A DNA stretch of 64,000 bases from a virus. Every line of letters begins with the position of its first letter. Within the stretch, counting starts at the first letter, position 1. The notes under the pieces were generated by a model that was not told where the DNA came from, did no database searches, and saw nothing but the letters and a program-made list of their open reading frames with translations. The stretch spans positions 32,001 to 96,000 of the IMG/VR virus record IMGVR_UViG_3300020595_003017. One strand, given 5' to 3'. The position numbers were made by a program, and so were the translations under genes. Shown piece after piece: positions 48,812-57,967 of this stretch.

Positions 48812-49714
48812 ATGAGTCGTTCTAACCAATGTCAGCACTGCGGTCAATTCGGACACAACCGTCGTGGTTGCCCACAAATCAAAGAAGCCCACGCCAGAGT
48901 TGAAAGACTTGCTGAGAAGTATGGTGTTTACCGCTTGGAAGATGAGCTTGCTTATGCTTCCACCTCTTGGATCAGCAGGATCAACGAGGCTGCTAAGATT
49001 CAAGACGCCGATGAGGATGAGGTCTCCTGGCGTGAACGCTGGATGTGGGAAGAAGTTGAAGAGCGCAAGATGGCTCAGGCTCGTAAGAATGCTCGTGGTC
49101 GCCAGTGTGGCTTCTGCGGTGAGCGTGGACACAACGCTCGCACCTGCCCAGCTAAGAAGCAACATCGCAAAGATTGTGATGCGATGCGAGGCTTGGCTCA
49201 CCGAGTTGTGGCTGCCTGCCTCAAGAAGGCTGGCATCGTGCCCGGCGCTTTGATGCGCAAACAACAGTGGAGTTGGAAGGCCAACGACCAGGTTCAAGTG
49301 ATGTGCATGGTCGTCGGCATTGAATGGGACCGAGTTGCGGAGCCTGGCTACGATACTCCCCAAGGTTTGCCTCGCAACGCTGACCGCTGGTTCAAGGGTC
49401 CCATGATTCGGGTGCGTGAACCTAACGGTGATGAAGGCTTGATGCGTATCCCGCAAAACATCCAGCAGCAAACCTGCTACGGCTACTACGAGGGTGAGGA
49501 CCAAAGCTGGGGACTAGTCAGCGGTGTTGCCGGTGGCAATCTCAATGAAGACAAGGGCTGGATGGGCGACAATGTGACGCTCCTCAGTCCCGAGGCTGGC
49601 GGCGTCTACTCCTACGGGCATCAGGTTGAAAAAGGTCAGCGCATTGAAGACCAAGACTTTCAGCCTGAGATTGACGAGCTTGTCAATCAGGTCAGCCAGT
49701 GGAGGGATTACTAA
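48812..49714 (+). CDS. protein with two CCHC zinc knuckles
   Basis: CQHCGQFGHNRRGC and CGFCGERGHNARTC (CX2CX4HX4C). Confidence 0.8.
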   Translation: MSRSNQCQHCGQFGHNRRGCPQIKEAHARVERLAEKYGVYRLEDELAYASTSWISRINEAAKIQDADEDEVSWRERWMWEEVEERKMAQARKNARGRQCGFCGERGHNARTCPAKKQHRKDCDAMRGLAHRVVAACLKKAGIVPGALMRKQQWSWKANDQVQVMCMVVGIEWDRVAEPGYDTPQGLPRNADRWFKGPMIRVREPNGDEGLMRIPQNIQQQTCYGYYEGEDQSWGLVSGVAGGNLNEDKGWMGDNVTLLSPEAGGVYSYGHQVEKGQRIEDQDFQPEIDELVNQVSQWRDY

Positions 49715-49781
49715 AATAAGGCCTTAACAACTTATCAGAATGTGCTATTGTTATATTACCATTTACTAAGGAGAACAAAAA

Positions 49782-49940
49782 ATGGAACTGTCAGATGCAA
49801 TGAGACTGGTGGAAAGCCTCTCAAAACAAGTACGAGAACTCGGGACTGAACTTGCAAACGTTAATCGAAATGTGACCGAAGTTCAGCGCCGAATTGGAGA
49901 CCTGGAGGTGTTTTCGGCGAACCTAGCGAAAAAGAAGTAA
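49782..49940 (+). CDS. 52-aa coiled-coil protein (not in ORF track)
   Basis: MELSDAMRLVESLSKQVRELGTELANVNRNVTEVQRRIGDLEVFSANLAKKK; AAGGAG RBS. Confidence 0.6.
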   Translation: MELSDAMRLVESLSKQVRELGTELANVNRNVTEVQRRIGDLEVFSANLAKKK

Positions 49941-49942
49941 AA

Positions 49943-50206
49943 GTGAAAAAGATAATCCACGTTAATCAACATGTCATTAAGCGGAACACGAAGAACGGGA
50001 CAGATGAGCCAGTTCTCACGGTGAAGACTTATAAAGAAAACAATTATGCCCACGAGGCTATACTGAAGACGAAAGAAGGTGTAGAGTTAGCTAGAGTTAT
50101 TTATAGCCCTCACAAGCCATTAAGTTGTGGAGCGAGGGTTTGGTTAGAAACAAATACAGATTCTACAGACGTAGAACTAGTCATTAGAGAAGGAGAAGTC
50201 TCATGA
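49943..50206 (+). CDS. conserved phage hypothetical protein
   Basis: IIHVNQHVIK...PVLTVK...YSPHKPLSCGARVWLET. Confidence 0.65.
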   Translation: MKKIIHVNQHVIKRNTKNGTDEPVLTVKTYKENNYAHEAILKTKEGVELARVIYSPHKPLSCGARVWLETNTDSTDVELVIREGEVS

Positions 50207-51486
50207 GGAAAGATCAAGTAGATCGAGATAGTTTTAAAGCTATCCCGCTCACAAACGAGGAAGCTAACAACAGGATGACCCTGAAGCAGCACCTCAGAAA
50301 AAACTATGGCGATGTAATTACTCGCCAAGCCCCAAAACATGAAAAGGGAAAGTTTGTTTTCGATGAGAACGCAAACATCTCAGACGCCTGTGAGGATATC
50401 AGGCAACATGGAATCGATCATTATATGTCGATTAACAAGATCCCAATGGATCTTATTGACGACCCTAGTGGCGCTTCTGGCAACCAAGTTCGTGATCAAC
50501 TGAAGTATGATAAGAATGTGAGGTCAATCTCTCGCAGTCTCGCTCATCGGATTAAGAATGGCATGTCATTTGAAGATGCCCAGAAAACCCCAGTGTTCCT
50601 AGAGGAGACTGGCAACGGCCGATATCAAATCGTCGATGGCAATCATAGATTCTATGCACTTTTGGTGCTCGATATTGATATCTTACCTAAGGCGGTTCTG
50701 TTCCCTAAAGATTGGTTCGTCAAGCAGGGGCTTACGAAAGATGTTTTTCAGGTTGACTGTAATCCTGTAGCTGAACAGCAAGGAATGAAGCTCAAGAAAG
50801 TTCGTGAAACTATTTTGAGTAACTGGAACACCAAGTGGATCAATGCCAGTAAAGAAAGGGCGATCACATGGGTTAAGGAAAGTAACCTGACCACTGCCAC
50901 TGACGAGAGCATCGAGAAGATGGTTAACGCTATTGAAAAGTTGCTTAAGAAGCAGGACAACCAAGCTGCTGTCGCAGCAGCAGCTAACGCAGCTACCTCG
51001 ACCAAGCCAAACTTTTTTGAATGGAATGGTGGTAAGAACGAGCAGGATCTGAAAGCACCGTTTCACACCCATACCTTTATTGAAAAGCACTGCGCAGGCA
51101 AGATTAAAAACGCTAATTATCTTTCTTTCGATTGTAGCGATGGACCGATGAGAGATAAGATCATGGGTGGTTTTGTCAGGACTTTGAAAAATCAAAGTAC
51201 ATCGATCAAGGATTTTGTGCTAAACAAAATCAAGAAGCGAAAAAAGAATGTTCTTTTTCTTTCTGTAAAGTCTCCAAACTCTGGTGACATGGCTGGGCTG
51301 AAGAAGAATCGTGTCAATGGTTTGGCTGGAGTTCTTGTGTTTTATGAATCTGGTTTCCCTTTTGATGAGATTTATTTTCTGCCACAGGCAGCCGGTGTAG
51401 AAAACTTGAAGACACCTGTGTTGGCTTGGAGCAAGAAAAACGGAATCGAAAAGGCGTTTGAAACGAAGGACAAGGGGAGCAAGTAA
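50203..51486 (+). CDS. ParB/Srx N-terminal-domain protein
   Basis: PVFLEETGNGRYQIVDGNHRFYAL. Confidence 0.65.
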   Translation: MRKDQVDRDSFKAIPLTNEEANNRMTLKQHLRKNYGDVITRQAPKHEKGKFVFDENANISDACEDIRQHGIDHYMSINKIPMDLIDDPSGASGNQVRDQLKYDKNVRSISRSLAHRIKNGMSFEDAQKTPVFLEETGNGRYQIVDGNHRFYALLVLDIDILPKAVLFPKDWFVKQGLTKDVFQVDCNPVAEQQGMKLKKVRETILSNWNTKWINASKERAITWVKESNLTTATDESIEKMVNAIEKLLKKQDNQAAVAAAANAATSTKPNFFEWNGGKNEQDLKAPFHTHTFIEKHCAGKIKNANYLSFDCSDGPMRDKIMGGFVRTLKNQSTSIKDFVLNKIKKRKKNVLFLSVKSPNSGDMAGLKKNRVNGLAGVLVFYESGFPFDEIYFLPQAAGVENLKTPVLAWSKKNGIEKAFETKDKGSK

Positions 51487-51794
51487 TGAAATTAAAGCTT
51501 CACTGGGCTGAAAAGTATGAAGTTGTGCGTGAGTTTCCTTCGTTCGTGCTAGACTCGAAGAAGTTCCCAGAACTTGAACTGGAAATGCTTCAGGTTTATA
51601 ACGCCGGCAGTTTAGATGAGCGTGATAGTGCTTTAGATCAATTAGAATATAAAATGCACCACACAGAAACTGGTGAGCGTGGAGAAACTATTTTTCAAAT
51701 GGTCGGGCCTTATGAGAAAGATAAATATGATCAGTCTGTGGTCCACACTTTAGATGATGAAAGCAATGGGTGCTTTCGTCTAGACGAGGTATAG
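51486..51794 (+). CDS. hypothetical protein
   Basis: Coupled ORF (TAATG overlap). Confidence 0.55.
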   Translation: MKLKLHWAEKYEVVREFPSFVLDSKKFPELELEMLQVYNAGSLDERDSALDQLEYKMHHTETGERGETIFQMVGPYEKDKYDQSVVHTLDDESNGCFRLDEV

Positions 51795-51798
51795 TAAA

Positions 51799-52317
51799 AT
51801 GGATAGCACAAAAAGCTTTGTAAAAGTATTCAACGTCTCACCCGAAACCGCTGAGGATTTTGAGTTTGATTATGACACGAACACGTCGGACTTGTTGACC
51901 GAACTTGTCCCAGACTTAGACAACTGGGGAGGGCTAGGTTGGATGGAACTAGAAGAATACGAATACAACCATCATAACAAGACCATGCATCTTATTCTAG
52001 ATACAAAGTGGGAACCACCCACTATGTGGCTACAATGCGCTAGCAGCGGCACGCATTATTTTCAAAATAAACTGATCACCATGGCGACCATCCAGAAAGA
52101 TGAAACATGCGTTACAGGTGTGGCTGTCATGGACGGAGAAACCCTCCAAAACAAGTGTATTTTTGATATGAGTTCGGAGGAGGTCGGAAAATATTATAAT
52201 GATAGTGAGACTGACTTTGAGCTTGATCATCTAGATAATCAAATTTGGGACTCAATTGGAAAGTTCGTTAATGTCTGCGAACAATTTTACCTTGAAAAGG
52301 AAGAAAAAAATGACTAA
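51799..52317 (+). CDS. acidic protein, DUF1281/YubB C-terminal-like
   Basis: LILDTKWEPPTMWL. Confidence 0.45.
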   Translation: MDSTKSFVKVFNVSPETAEDFEFDYDTNTSDLLTELVPDLDNWGGLGWMELEEYEYNHHNKTMHLILDTKWEPPTMWLQCASSGTHYFQNKLITMATIQKDETCVTGVAVMDGETLQNKCIFDMSSEEVGKYYNDSETDFELDHLDNQIWDSIGKFVNVCEQFYLEKEEKND

Positions 52318-52768
52318 CACAGTAGAACGAGGGAGTAAAGTTACCCTTCACTATAAGGGGACCTTTGAAGATGGAACCCAGTTTGATAGCTCTCACGACA
52401 GAGGGGAGCCAATGTCGGTAGAGGTTGGAACCGGAAACTTGATCAAGGGCTTTAATGACGCTCTTGTTGGCATGACGGAGGGCGAAAGCAAGACCTTTAC
52501 CTTAGAACCTGGTGAGGCTTACGGAGATGTCGATCCTGATGCAAAGACAGAACTGTCACGGGATATTTTTCCTGATGGTTTTGATTTGTCAGAGGGTCAG
52601 ACAATTCCTTTGCAGGGACCAAACGATCAAACGCTTCTGTCTAGAGTGATTGGGTATGATGACAGCACAGTCACGGTTGATCTGAACCACCCGATGGCAG
52701 GCAAGAACCTTACCTTTGATGTAGATGTTATCACAGTGGACAACGATGATGAGACTACAGCTAGCTAG
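52310..52768 (+). CDS. FKBP-type peptidyl-prolyl isomerase (SlyD/FkpB-like)
   Basis: VTLHYKGTFEDGTQFDSS, GNLIKGF..ALVGM, AYG, VDLNHPMAGKNLTFDV. Confidence 0.92.
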   Translation: MTNTVERGSKVTLHYKGTFEDGTQFDSSHDRGEPMSVEVGTGNLIKGFNDALVGMTEGESKTFTLEPGEAYGDVDPDAKTELSRDIFPDGFDLSEGQTIPLQGPNDQTLLSRVIGYDDSTVTVDLNHPMAGKNLTFDVDVITVDNDDETTAS

Positions 52769-52851
52769 ATTATTATTTTTCTTCGCTAGAATTTTGCAAG
52801 GCAGGGGGATGCCATTGGGACAATGGTTCCAAAGCAAAGGCATCCTCCTGC

Positions 52852-53061
52852 TTGCGGCCGCAAAGTCCAAGAGTGAATAACCTACTAGAGATTATAAAAG
52901 ATATCCACCTTAAGGCGTGTCTTGAAGAAGAAGACGGCTATATCGATCCAGAATCTGGCAGATATGTGATGACGGAATATTATTTAAAAAAACGTGGACA
53001 CTGTTGCCAGTCCGGCTGTAGGCATTGTCCTTACCCAGAAACGGGGAAAAATCATGATTAG
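52852..53061 (+). CDS. DUF5522-like Cys-rich protein
   Basis: GRYVMTEYYLKKRGHCCQSGCRHCPY; start uncertain. Confidence 0.65.
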   Translation: MRPQSPRVNNLLEIIKDIHLKACLEEEDGYIDPESGRYVMTEYYLKKRGHCCQSGCRHCPYPETGKNHD

Positions 53062-53344
53062 TTTACTTTTAGCGGGATGGTTAGCAGCCCCTAGTTACGG
53101 CGCAAGGGCAAACCTGAACAACACCCAGGTTCGCCAACGAGCACACCAAATCGTACAACTTTTGCGGAGACAAGACCCAAGGGTTTTACGCTCCGTCATG
53201 TATTATATGGAGTGGGTTCCCAAGGTAAAATACACTCGGGAAAAATGTAAAAAGAATACTATTAAAACCCAACCAGATCCAGTGATGGATATGTTATTAG
53301 ACGCTGCTGGGATCCCCAGTTCAGGACCAAGGAAAAGAAAATGA
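53054..53344 (+). CDS. putative secreted protein
   Basis: Signal-like N-terminus MISLLLAGWLAAPSYG. Confidence 0.5.
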   Translation: MISLLLAGWLAAPSYGARANLNNTQVRQRAHQIVQLLRRQDPRVLRSVMYYMEWVPKVKYTREKCKKNTIKTQPDPVMDMLLDAAGIPSSGPRKRK

Positions 53345-53778
53345 AGAAGTTTAATCTAATTGATATTATTACTATGCTAGGCATCGCCGCATCTATTTTA
53401 TTAATATTGATGTTTGCATCTGGATGCTCTATGAAGTTCTATAAGAAATCAACAGAGGATGTTCGCAAATGTTGTGAACGTGTAAGCCTTCACCAAAAGC
53501 AGATGGCACAATTTACTCGCTATTGTAAAGTGGCCTTGTTTCTGGCGAACAGTGAAAACAAAAAAGAAGTTGGAAATGGAGTACGCAAGGGGGCTAGAGA
53601 TGCTGTTAATGTTTGTAAGTTTGTGTTTGGTGTAGACAGCGATGAAGATTTGTTAGCTGCCGGAGACAGACAAGATTATTATAAGGTTCGTTCTTATATT
53701 TATACAAAGGACGATCCAAGCGGACGGTGGCATCCTCCTCAGTGTGATCCTGCTGAGATTCATTGCGAGGAGTTTTAA
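53341..53778 (+). CDS. putative Cys-rich lipoprotein
   Basis: Hydrophobic leader ending in lipobox-like FASG-C. Confidence 0.6.
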   Translation: MKKFNLIDIITMLGIAASILLILMFASGCSMKFYKKSTEDVRKCCERVSLHQKQMAQFTRYCKVALFLANSENKKEVGNGVRKGARDAVNVCKFVFGVDSDEDLLAAGDRQDYYKVRSYIYTKDDPSGRWHPPQCDPAEIHCEEF

Positions 53779-53779
53779 A

Positions 53780-54487
53780 ATGAGTGTTAACCAACAAGGC
53801 TTTGACTACGAGAATGTGGTCATTGAATCGTTAAAGAAGGCTGGCGTAGCTGGAGACATCCAACAGGGAGCAGGAGCATCTGCCGCCGCTGCCGACGCTG
53901 ACTTTATTGTGGACGGAAAGAAGTATTTGCTTGAAGTGAAAAGTGATCTTGAGGCACAAATGGGTGGTACTTCCGTCAGGTACAGTGACGGCGAGTTTGA
54001 GATCGTAAGCGAAGCAGTTGATAAGAGCACTGCCGCATTAATTATCGCTGCCCTTTCTAGCAAGCGAGGACCAATTGAAAGACTCTTGGCTGCCATTGGC
54101 GGCGACAAATTTCCTACCACATGTGACAAGCACACTTGGACGGTAGCAAAAGAAAAAGGACTACTAAAGCCAATCAACACTAAGGTAAGAAAGAACACAT
54201 CATTCATCGCAAACCATTACAAGCAAAAGGGCATTCACTATGTTCAAATTGGTGGAGCCGGGCTGTTCTATTTGGAGGATAATCCTGCTGGTCTAAACAT
54301 ACCAAAGCTTGAGGGTGAAATTGATATTGAACTGAGAGCAGGCCGTAGCGGATCAACTTTGAACGCTGCTGGTGATCGACGTGTAAGCGGACTGTTGCGA
54401 GCACAAGCTCGCCTCAAGTTCAAGGGTCAATCACCCATCACACTTGATTCCCAAATTGGAATTGCCCAGATCAAAGGCACACAATAA
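53780..54487 (+). CDS. PD-(D/E)xK nuclease-like protein
   Basis: GFDYENVV...ADADFIVDGKKYLLEVK. Confidence 0.6.
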   Translation: MSVNQQGFDYENVVIESLKKAGVAGDIQQGAGASAAAADADFIVDGKKYLLEVKSDLEAQMGGTSVRYSDGEFEIVSEAVDKSTAALIIAALSSKRGPIERLLAAIGGDKFPTTCDKHTWTVAKEKGLLKPINTKVRKNTSFIANHYKQKGIHYVQIGGAGLFYLEDNPAGLNIPKLEGEIDIELRAGRSGSTLNAAGDRRVSGLLRAQARLKFKGQSPITLDSQIGIAQIKGTQ

Positions 54488-54489
54488 AA

Positions 54490-54627
54490 ATGTTATACAT
54501 ACTAAAGGTAGTAGCAACCATGATCGTATCATTCGCTGCTGGTATAGTATTGCATAGAATGTTATGGAAGTTCTTTGACTGGGTGTTAGATGCACTTGAA
54601 CGTATGGATGATGAGGAAGGTTTATAG
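54490..54627 (+). CDS. 45-aa membrane peptide (not in ORF track)
   Basis: MLYILKVVATMIVSFAAGIVLHRMLWKFFDWVLDALERMDDEEGL. Confidence 0.45.
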   Translation: MLYILKVVATMIVSFAAGIVLHRMLWKFFDWVLDALERMDDEEGL

Positions 54628-54727
54628 ATGTATTCAGTAAGAGAGTTTGTAGTTGTATTGGTAGTAGCCAGCGGGCTTGTTCTGTCTGCTTTTGGTCTAG
54701 CTTACCTGAATTAATCAACCGTTTACA

Positions 54728-54890
54728 GCTTTGTTGACAAATTATGCACAATTGACTGCAAAAGTTGCACAATTGTTAAGTATTTGTTTTTATTGTTTTG
54801 TACAGCGGATGACTGCTTGTTATCCAGTGTTATCAACAGTTTAATATATTGTCAGCGATTGTCGGCATTTGACAGCCATTGTCTCAATGG
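54728..54890. repeat. non-coding tract with phased short repeats (origin-like)
   Basis: TGCACAATTG x2 (54745, 54766); TGTTATC x2 (54818, 54828); WTTGWC at 54848/58/68/78; TTATGCACA at 54742. Confidence 0.55.
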
Positions 54891-54956
54891 GCCTAGTACA
54901 TGAGTAATGCGTCAGCGTCAAGAGAAAAGAAAATGCAGGAAAAGCACATTAAAAAC

Positions 54957-54984
54957 TTGACACATATGCTATCCATGGTAATAT
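54957..54984 (+). promoter_or_regulatory. early promoter cassette copy 6
   Basis: AAAAC-TTGACA-16-TAATAT, GAGAGAGGGAG RBS, ATG at 55009. Confidence 0.8.
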
Positions 54985-55008
54985 ACAGTTGAGAGAGGGA
55001 GACACCAA

Positions 55009-56049
55009 ATGTCCGTAGACTTCAAAACCTTCGTGAGCTTAGCACCTTCAGTGAGTGCAGCCAAACTTCCAGTACTTCTCGGTGGTCGCCGCGGCCTCGG
55101 CAAGAGCCAAGTTGTTTATCAGCTTGCTGCTAATGCCGGCTTGCCTGTAGTTGAGCGTCGTGCCAGCCAGATGACCGAGGGTGACTTGGTTGGGCTGCCT
55201 AGCGTTGAAGGCAATCGCACCAGCTTCAACCCACCTGATTGGTTCAAGCAAGCTTGTGAAGAGCCTGTCTGCCTTTTCCTTGATGAGGTTGACCGAGCTA
55301 CCCTTGAAGTTCGACAAGGAATCTTCGAGTTGACGGACAGTCGGAAACTCAACGGTCACAACCTTCATCCTGACACGATCATCTTCGCTGCCGTCAACGG
55401 CGGTGAGCACGGTGAGAACTACCAAGTCAATGAGATGGATCCTGCGGAACTTGACCGCTGGTCAGTCTGGGACATCGAACCGACGGTTGAAGATTGGTTA
55501 GCCTGGGCTAAGAACAATGTTGATGGCCTCGTCTGGGACTTCATCAACCAGAACCGTGGTCACCTCGAACACAATGAGGATATCGAACCTAACAAACGCT
55601 ACCCCAGCCGTCGTAGCTGGGACCGGCTTGACAAAGTTCTCAAGCAGGCAGATGCTCTTGAAGCTGGTCCAGTAATGTTCAACCTGGCTCAAAGCTTCGT
55701 CGGCTTCGAAGCTGCTGTGGCTCTCAACGACTACGCCAAGAACTACGAGCGGGTTGTGACGGTTGAGCAACTCCTCAACGGTGACCGAGTTGAAGCTCTG
55801 GCTGCCTTCTCCCTCAACGAGCACTGCGCTATGATCGAAAAGGTCGAGGCAGAAGAGATCTGCAAAGCTGAGTTCAGCGATGAGCATGTCGAGAACCTTG
55901 CCAACTACTTCGTGACGCTTCCCAGCGAAGCAGCCATGAAGCTCTGGTCGGTAATCAGCCAAGCTGGTGTCCAAGAAAACGTGGTCAAGTTCCACGGTGC
56001 CAACGAAGGTGCTGTCGGTAGCCACCTCTCCAAAATCCTGGGAGCCTAA
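55009..56049 (+). CDS. MoxR-like AAA+ ATPase
   Basis: GRRGLGKS, LFLDEVDRA, FAAVN, MDPAELDRW, PSRRSW. Confidence 0.85.
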   Translation: MSVDFKTFVSLAPSVSAAKLPVLLGGRRGLGKSQVVYQLAANAGLPVVERRASQMTEGDLVGLPSVEGNRTSFNPPDWFKQACEEPVCLFLDEVDRATLEVRQGIFELTDSRKLNGHNLHPDTIIFAAVNGGEHGENYQVNEMDPAELDRWSVWDIEPTVEDWLAWAKNNVDGLVWDFINQNRGHLEHNEDIEPNKRYPSRRSWDRLDKVLKQADALEAGPVMFNLAQSFVGFEAAVALNDYAKNYERVVTVEQLLNGDRVEALAAFSLNEHCAMIEKVEAEEICKAEFSDEHVENLANYFVTLPSEAAMKLWSVISQAGVQENVVKFHGANEGAVGSHLSKILGA

Positions 56050-56078
56050 TCTCTCTCTCAACCCTGCTCTCAGGTGAC

Positions 56079-56107
56079 AAGCCCAGCCAAGTGCTGGGTT
56101 TTGTTTT
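56079..56107 (+). terminator. intrinsic terminator after the AAA gene
   Basis: AAGCCCAGC/GCTGGGTTT stem followed by a T-rich tail. Confidence 0.75.
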
Positions 56108-56125
56108 TGGGGAACAAATAAAAAC

Positions 56126-56153
56126 TTGACAGGTAGTGTATCCATGGTAGTAT
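56126..56153 (+). promoter_or_regulatory. early promoter cassette copy 7
   Basis: AAAAC-TTGACA-16-TAGTAT, GGGAGAGAG RBS, ATG at 56177. Confidence 0.8.
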
Positions 56154-56176
56154 ATGAATGAGGGAGAGAGACAGTA

Positions 56177-57388
56177 ATGAGCTTTGACTTAAAACTGCAC
56201 GCTTATAGACTGCTCATGGATGAGCCGTTCTTTGCTGCACTAAGCCGCAAGATTGAGAAGCGTGCTGATTATAATATTCCTACTGCTGGTGTTCGGGTAG
56301 ATCCCGAGAGTGCCCAGTTCGAAATGATTTACAACCCTGACTTCTTTGCCAGCCTGCCTGAAGAGCATGTGCGTGGTGTACTCAAGCATGAGTTCTACCA
56401 CTTGATCTTTGAACATGTGACCAGCCGGAAGCCTGAGGGCGTTAACCACAAGGTCTGGAACATCTGTGCTGACCTGGCTATCAACAGCCACTTGGTCGGC
56501 GAGTTGCCGGACATGGCCTGTATGCCTGGTGGTCCTAACTTCGAAGAGCTTCCGCTGGGCATGAGCGCCGAGTGGTACTTGGCTAACTTCCCAGAGCGTG
56601 AAGAGGGTGAGGACTCTGAGGATGGTGACAGCGAGAGTGGTGATGGCGAGGGTCAGCCTGGTCAAGGTGAGGGCGGAGAGCCTGGCAGCTTTGATGACCA
56701 CTCCGGTTGGGATGATGCCAGCCAAAGCCCTGAGCAGCAAGCAGCTAATCAGATGGCTAAGGAGCGACTCAAGCAAGCCATGAAAGATGCTGCCCAAGAA
56801 GCTAGCCAGTCTGCCAAAGGCTGGGGCACGATGTCGGCGGAGATTAAAAAAGATATTCTAAAAAGACTAGAGAGTAAGGTAGACTGGCGTAAGGTACTCA
56901 GGTACTTCATCAAAACCAGCCAGCGTGCCAGCCGCCGGTCCAGTGTCAAGCGGATCAACAAGCGGTATGCCTACATTCATCCCGGCAAGAAGGTACTGAG
57001 GCAAGCAAAGATTGCCATCGCTATCGACCAGTCCGGCTCTGTCTGCGATGAGATGCTGTCAGCCTTCTTCGGAGAACTCAACGGGCTAGCCAAGCTGGCA
57101 GAGTTCACGGTGATCCCCTTCGACACTGAGGTGCCAGAGGATAAGGTCTACGTTTGGAAGAAGGGCAAGAGCCAAAACCCTGAGCGTGTTTCCTGCGGCG
57201 GTACCTGCTTCAATGCTCCTACCGACTATGTTAACAAGCGTGGGGACTTTGATGGTGTCATTATTCTGACGGACATGGAAGCTCCCAAGCCCAAGGCTTG
57301 CAAAGCTCAACGGATGTGGATGACGGATCAGCGGGGTGCCAGCAATCCCTACTTCAAAACCAATGAGAAAGTTATCGCAATTGACTAA
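56177..57388 (+). CDS. DUF2201-type metallopeptidase + VWA domain protein
   Basis: HEFYH; WNICADLAIN; acidic/Gly linker; MIDAS IDQSGS; GGTCF; ILTD. Confidence 0.85.
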   Translation: MSFDLKLHAYRLLMDEPFFAALSRKIEKRADYNIPTAGVRVDPESAQFEMIYNPDFFASLPEEHVRGVLKHEFYHLIFEHVTSRKPEGVNHKVWNICADLAINSHLVGELPDMACMPGGPNFEELPLGMSAEWYLANFPEREEGEDSEDGDSESGDGEGQPGQGEGGEPGSFDDHSGWDDASQSPEQQAANQMAKERLKQAMKDAAQEASQSAKGWGTMSAEIKKDILKRLESKVDWRKVLRYFIKTSQRASRRSSVKRINKRYAYIHPGKKVLRQAKIAIAIDQSGSVCDEMLSAFFGELNGLAKLAEFTVIPFDTEVPEDKVYVWKKGKSQNPERVSCGGTCFNAPTDYVNKRGDFDGVIILTDMEAPKPKACKAQRMWMTDQRGASNPYFKTNEKVIAID

Positions 57389-57394
57389 CGCATT

Positions 57395-57595
57395 TTGCGG
57401 GAAGAAATAAAAAGAATGAAAGAACTAAAAGAGATAGCAGATAGAATTGTAGCTTATGAAAGCGGGGAGCTAGATCAAGAGCAGACCATCCAGCTATTCC
57501 AAGAACTGTATGACAGCGGTATGGTGTGGAATCTTCAAGGTCACTACGGTAGATTAGCTTTTCAGCTTCTGGAAGCAGGTTTGATTAGAGGGTGA
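57395..57595 (+). CDS. conserved small phage protein
   Basis: YESGELD....LFQEL.DSG.VW.LQGHYGR.A..LLEAG; start may be 57417. Confidence 0.65.
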   Translation: MREEIKRMKELKEIADRIVAYESGELDQEQTIQLFQELYDSGMVWNLQGHYGRLAFQLLEAGLIRG

Positions 57596-57739
57596 CAGCA
57601 GTGGGGTGGGGTGCCAGCCCTGCCAGCCTACTACCCCTAATGTTAGTCCCAGGGGGTTGACTGGGGGTATATGCTGTGCTAAGCACATTTTCAACGGATA
57701 GATAATTTTTCCAGATTTTGACTTTTGAGGAATAATAGA

Positions 57740-57967
57740 ATGATTAAAGTGGGAGATATTGTGTTTCGGAAATATAAAGGGGGAATAAGGAATAACCAGC
57801 CGAATGAATCAGCACTAGGCCTAGTTATTAAAGAACACGGAACAGATCTAGCTATCTCAGTTAATCAGTACCAAGTTCGATTTGGACAGGAACAAAGTGC
57901 AAAATGGTATTGGCAACATGAGCTTTATAAAATCAAATGGGAAAATAAAGGAGCTAAATATGATTAA
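57740..57967 (+). CDS. SH3/KOW-like microprotein
   Basis: MIKVGDIVFR...LGLVI...YQVRF...LYKI. Confidence 0.7.
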   Translation: MIKVGDIVFRKYKGGIRNNQPNESALGLVIKEHGTDLAISVNQYQVRFGQEQSAKWYWQHELYKIKWENKGAKYD

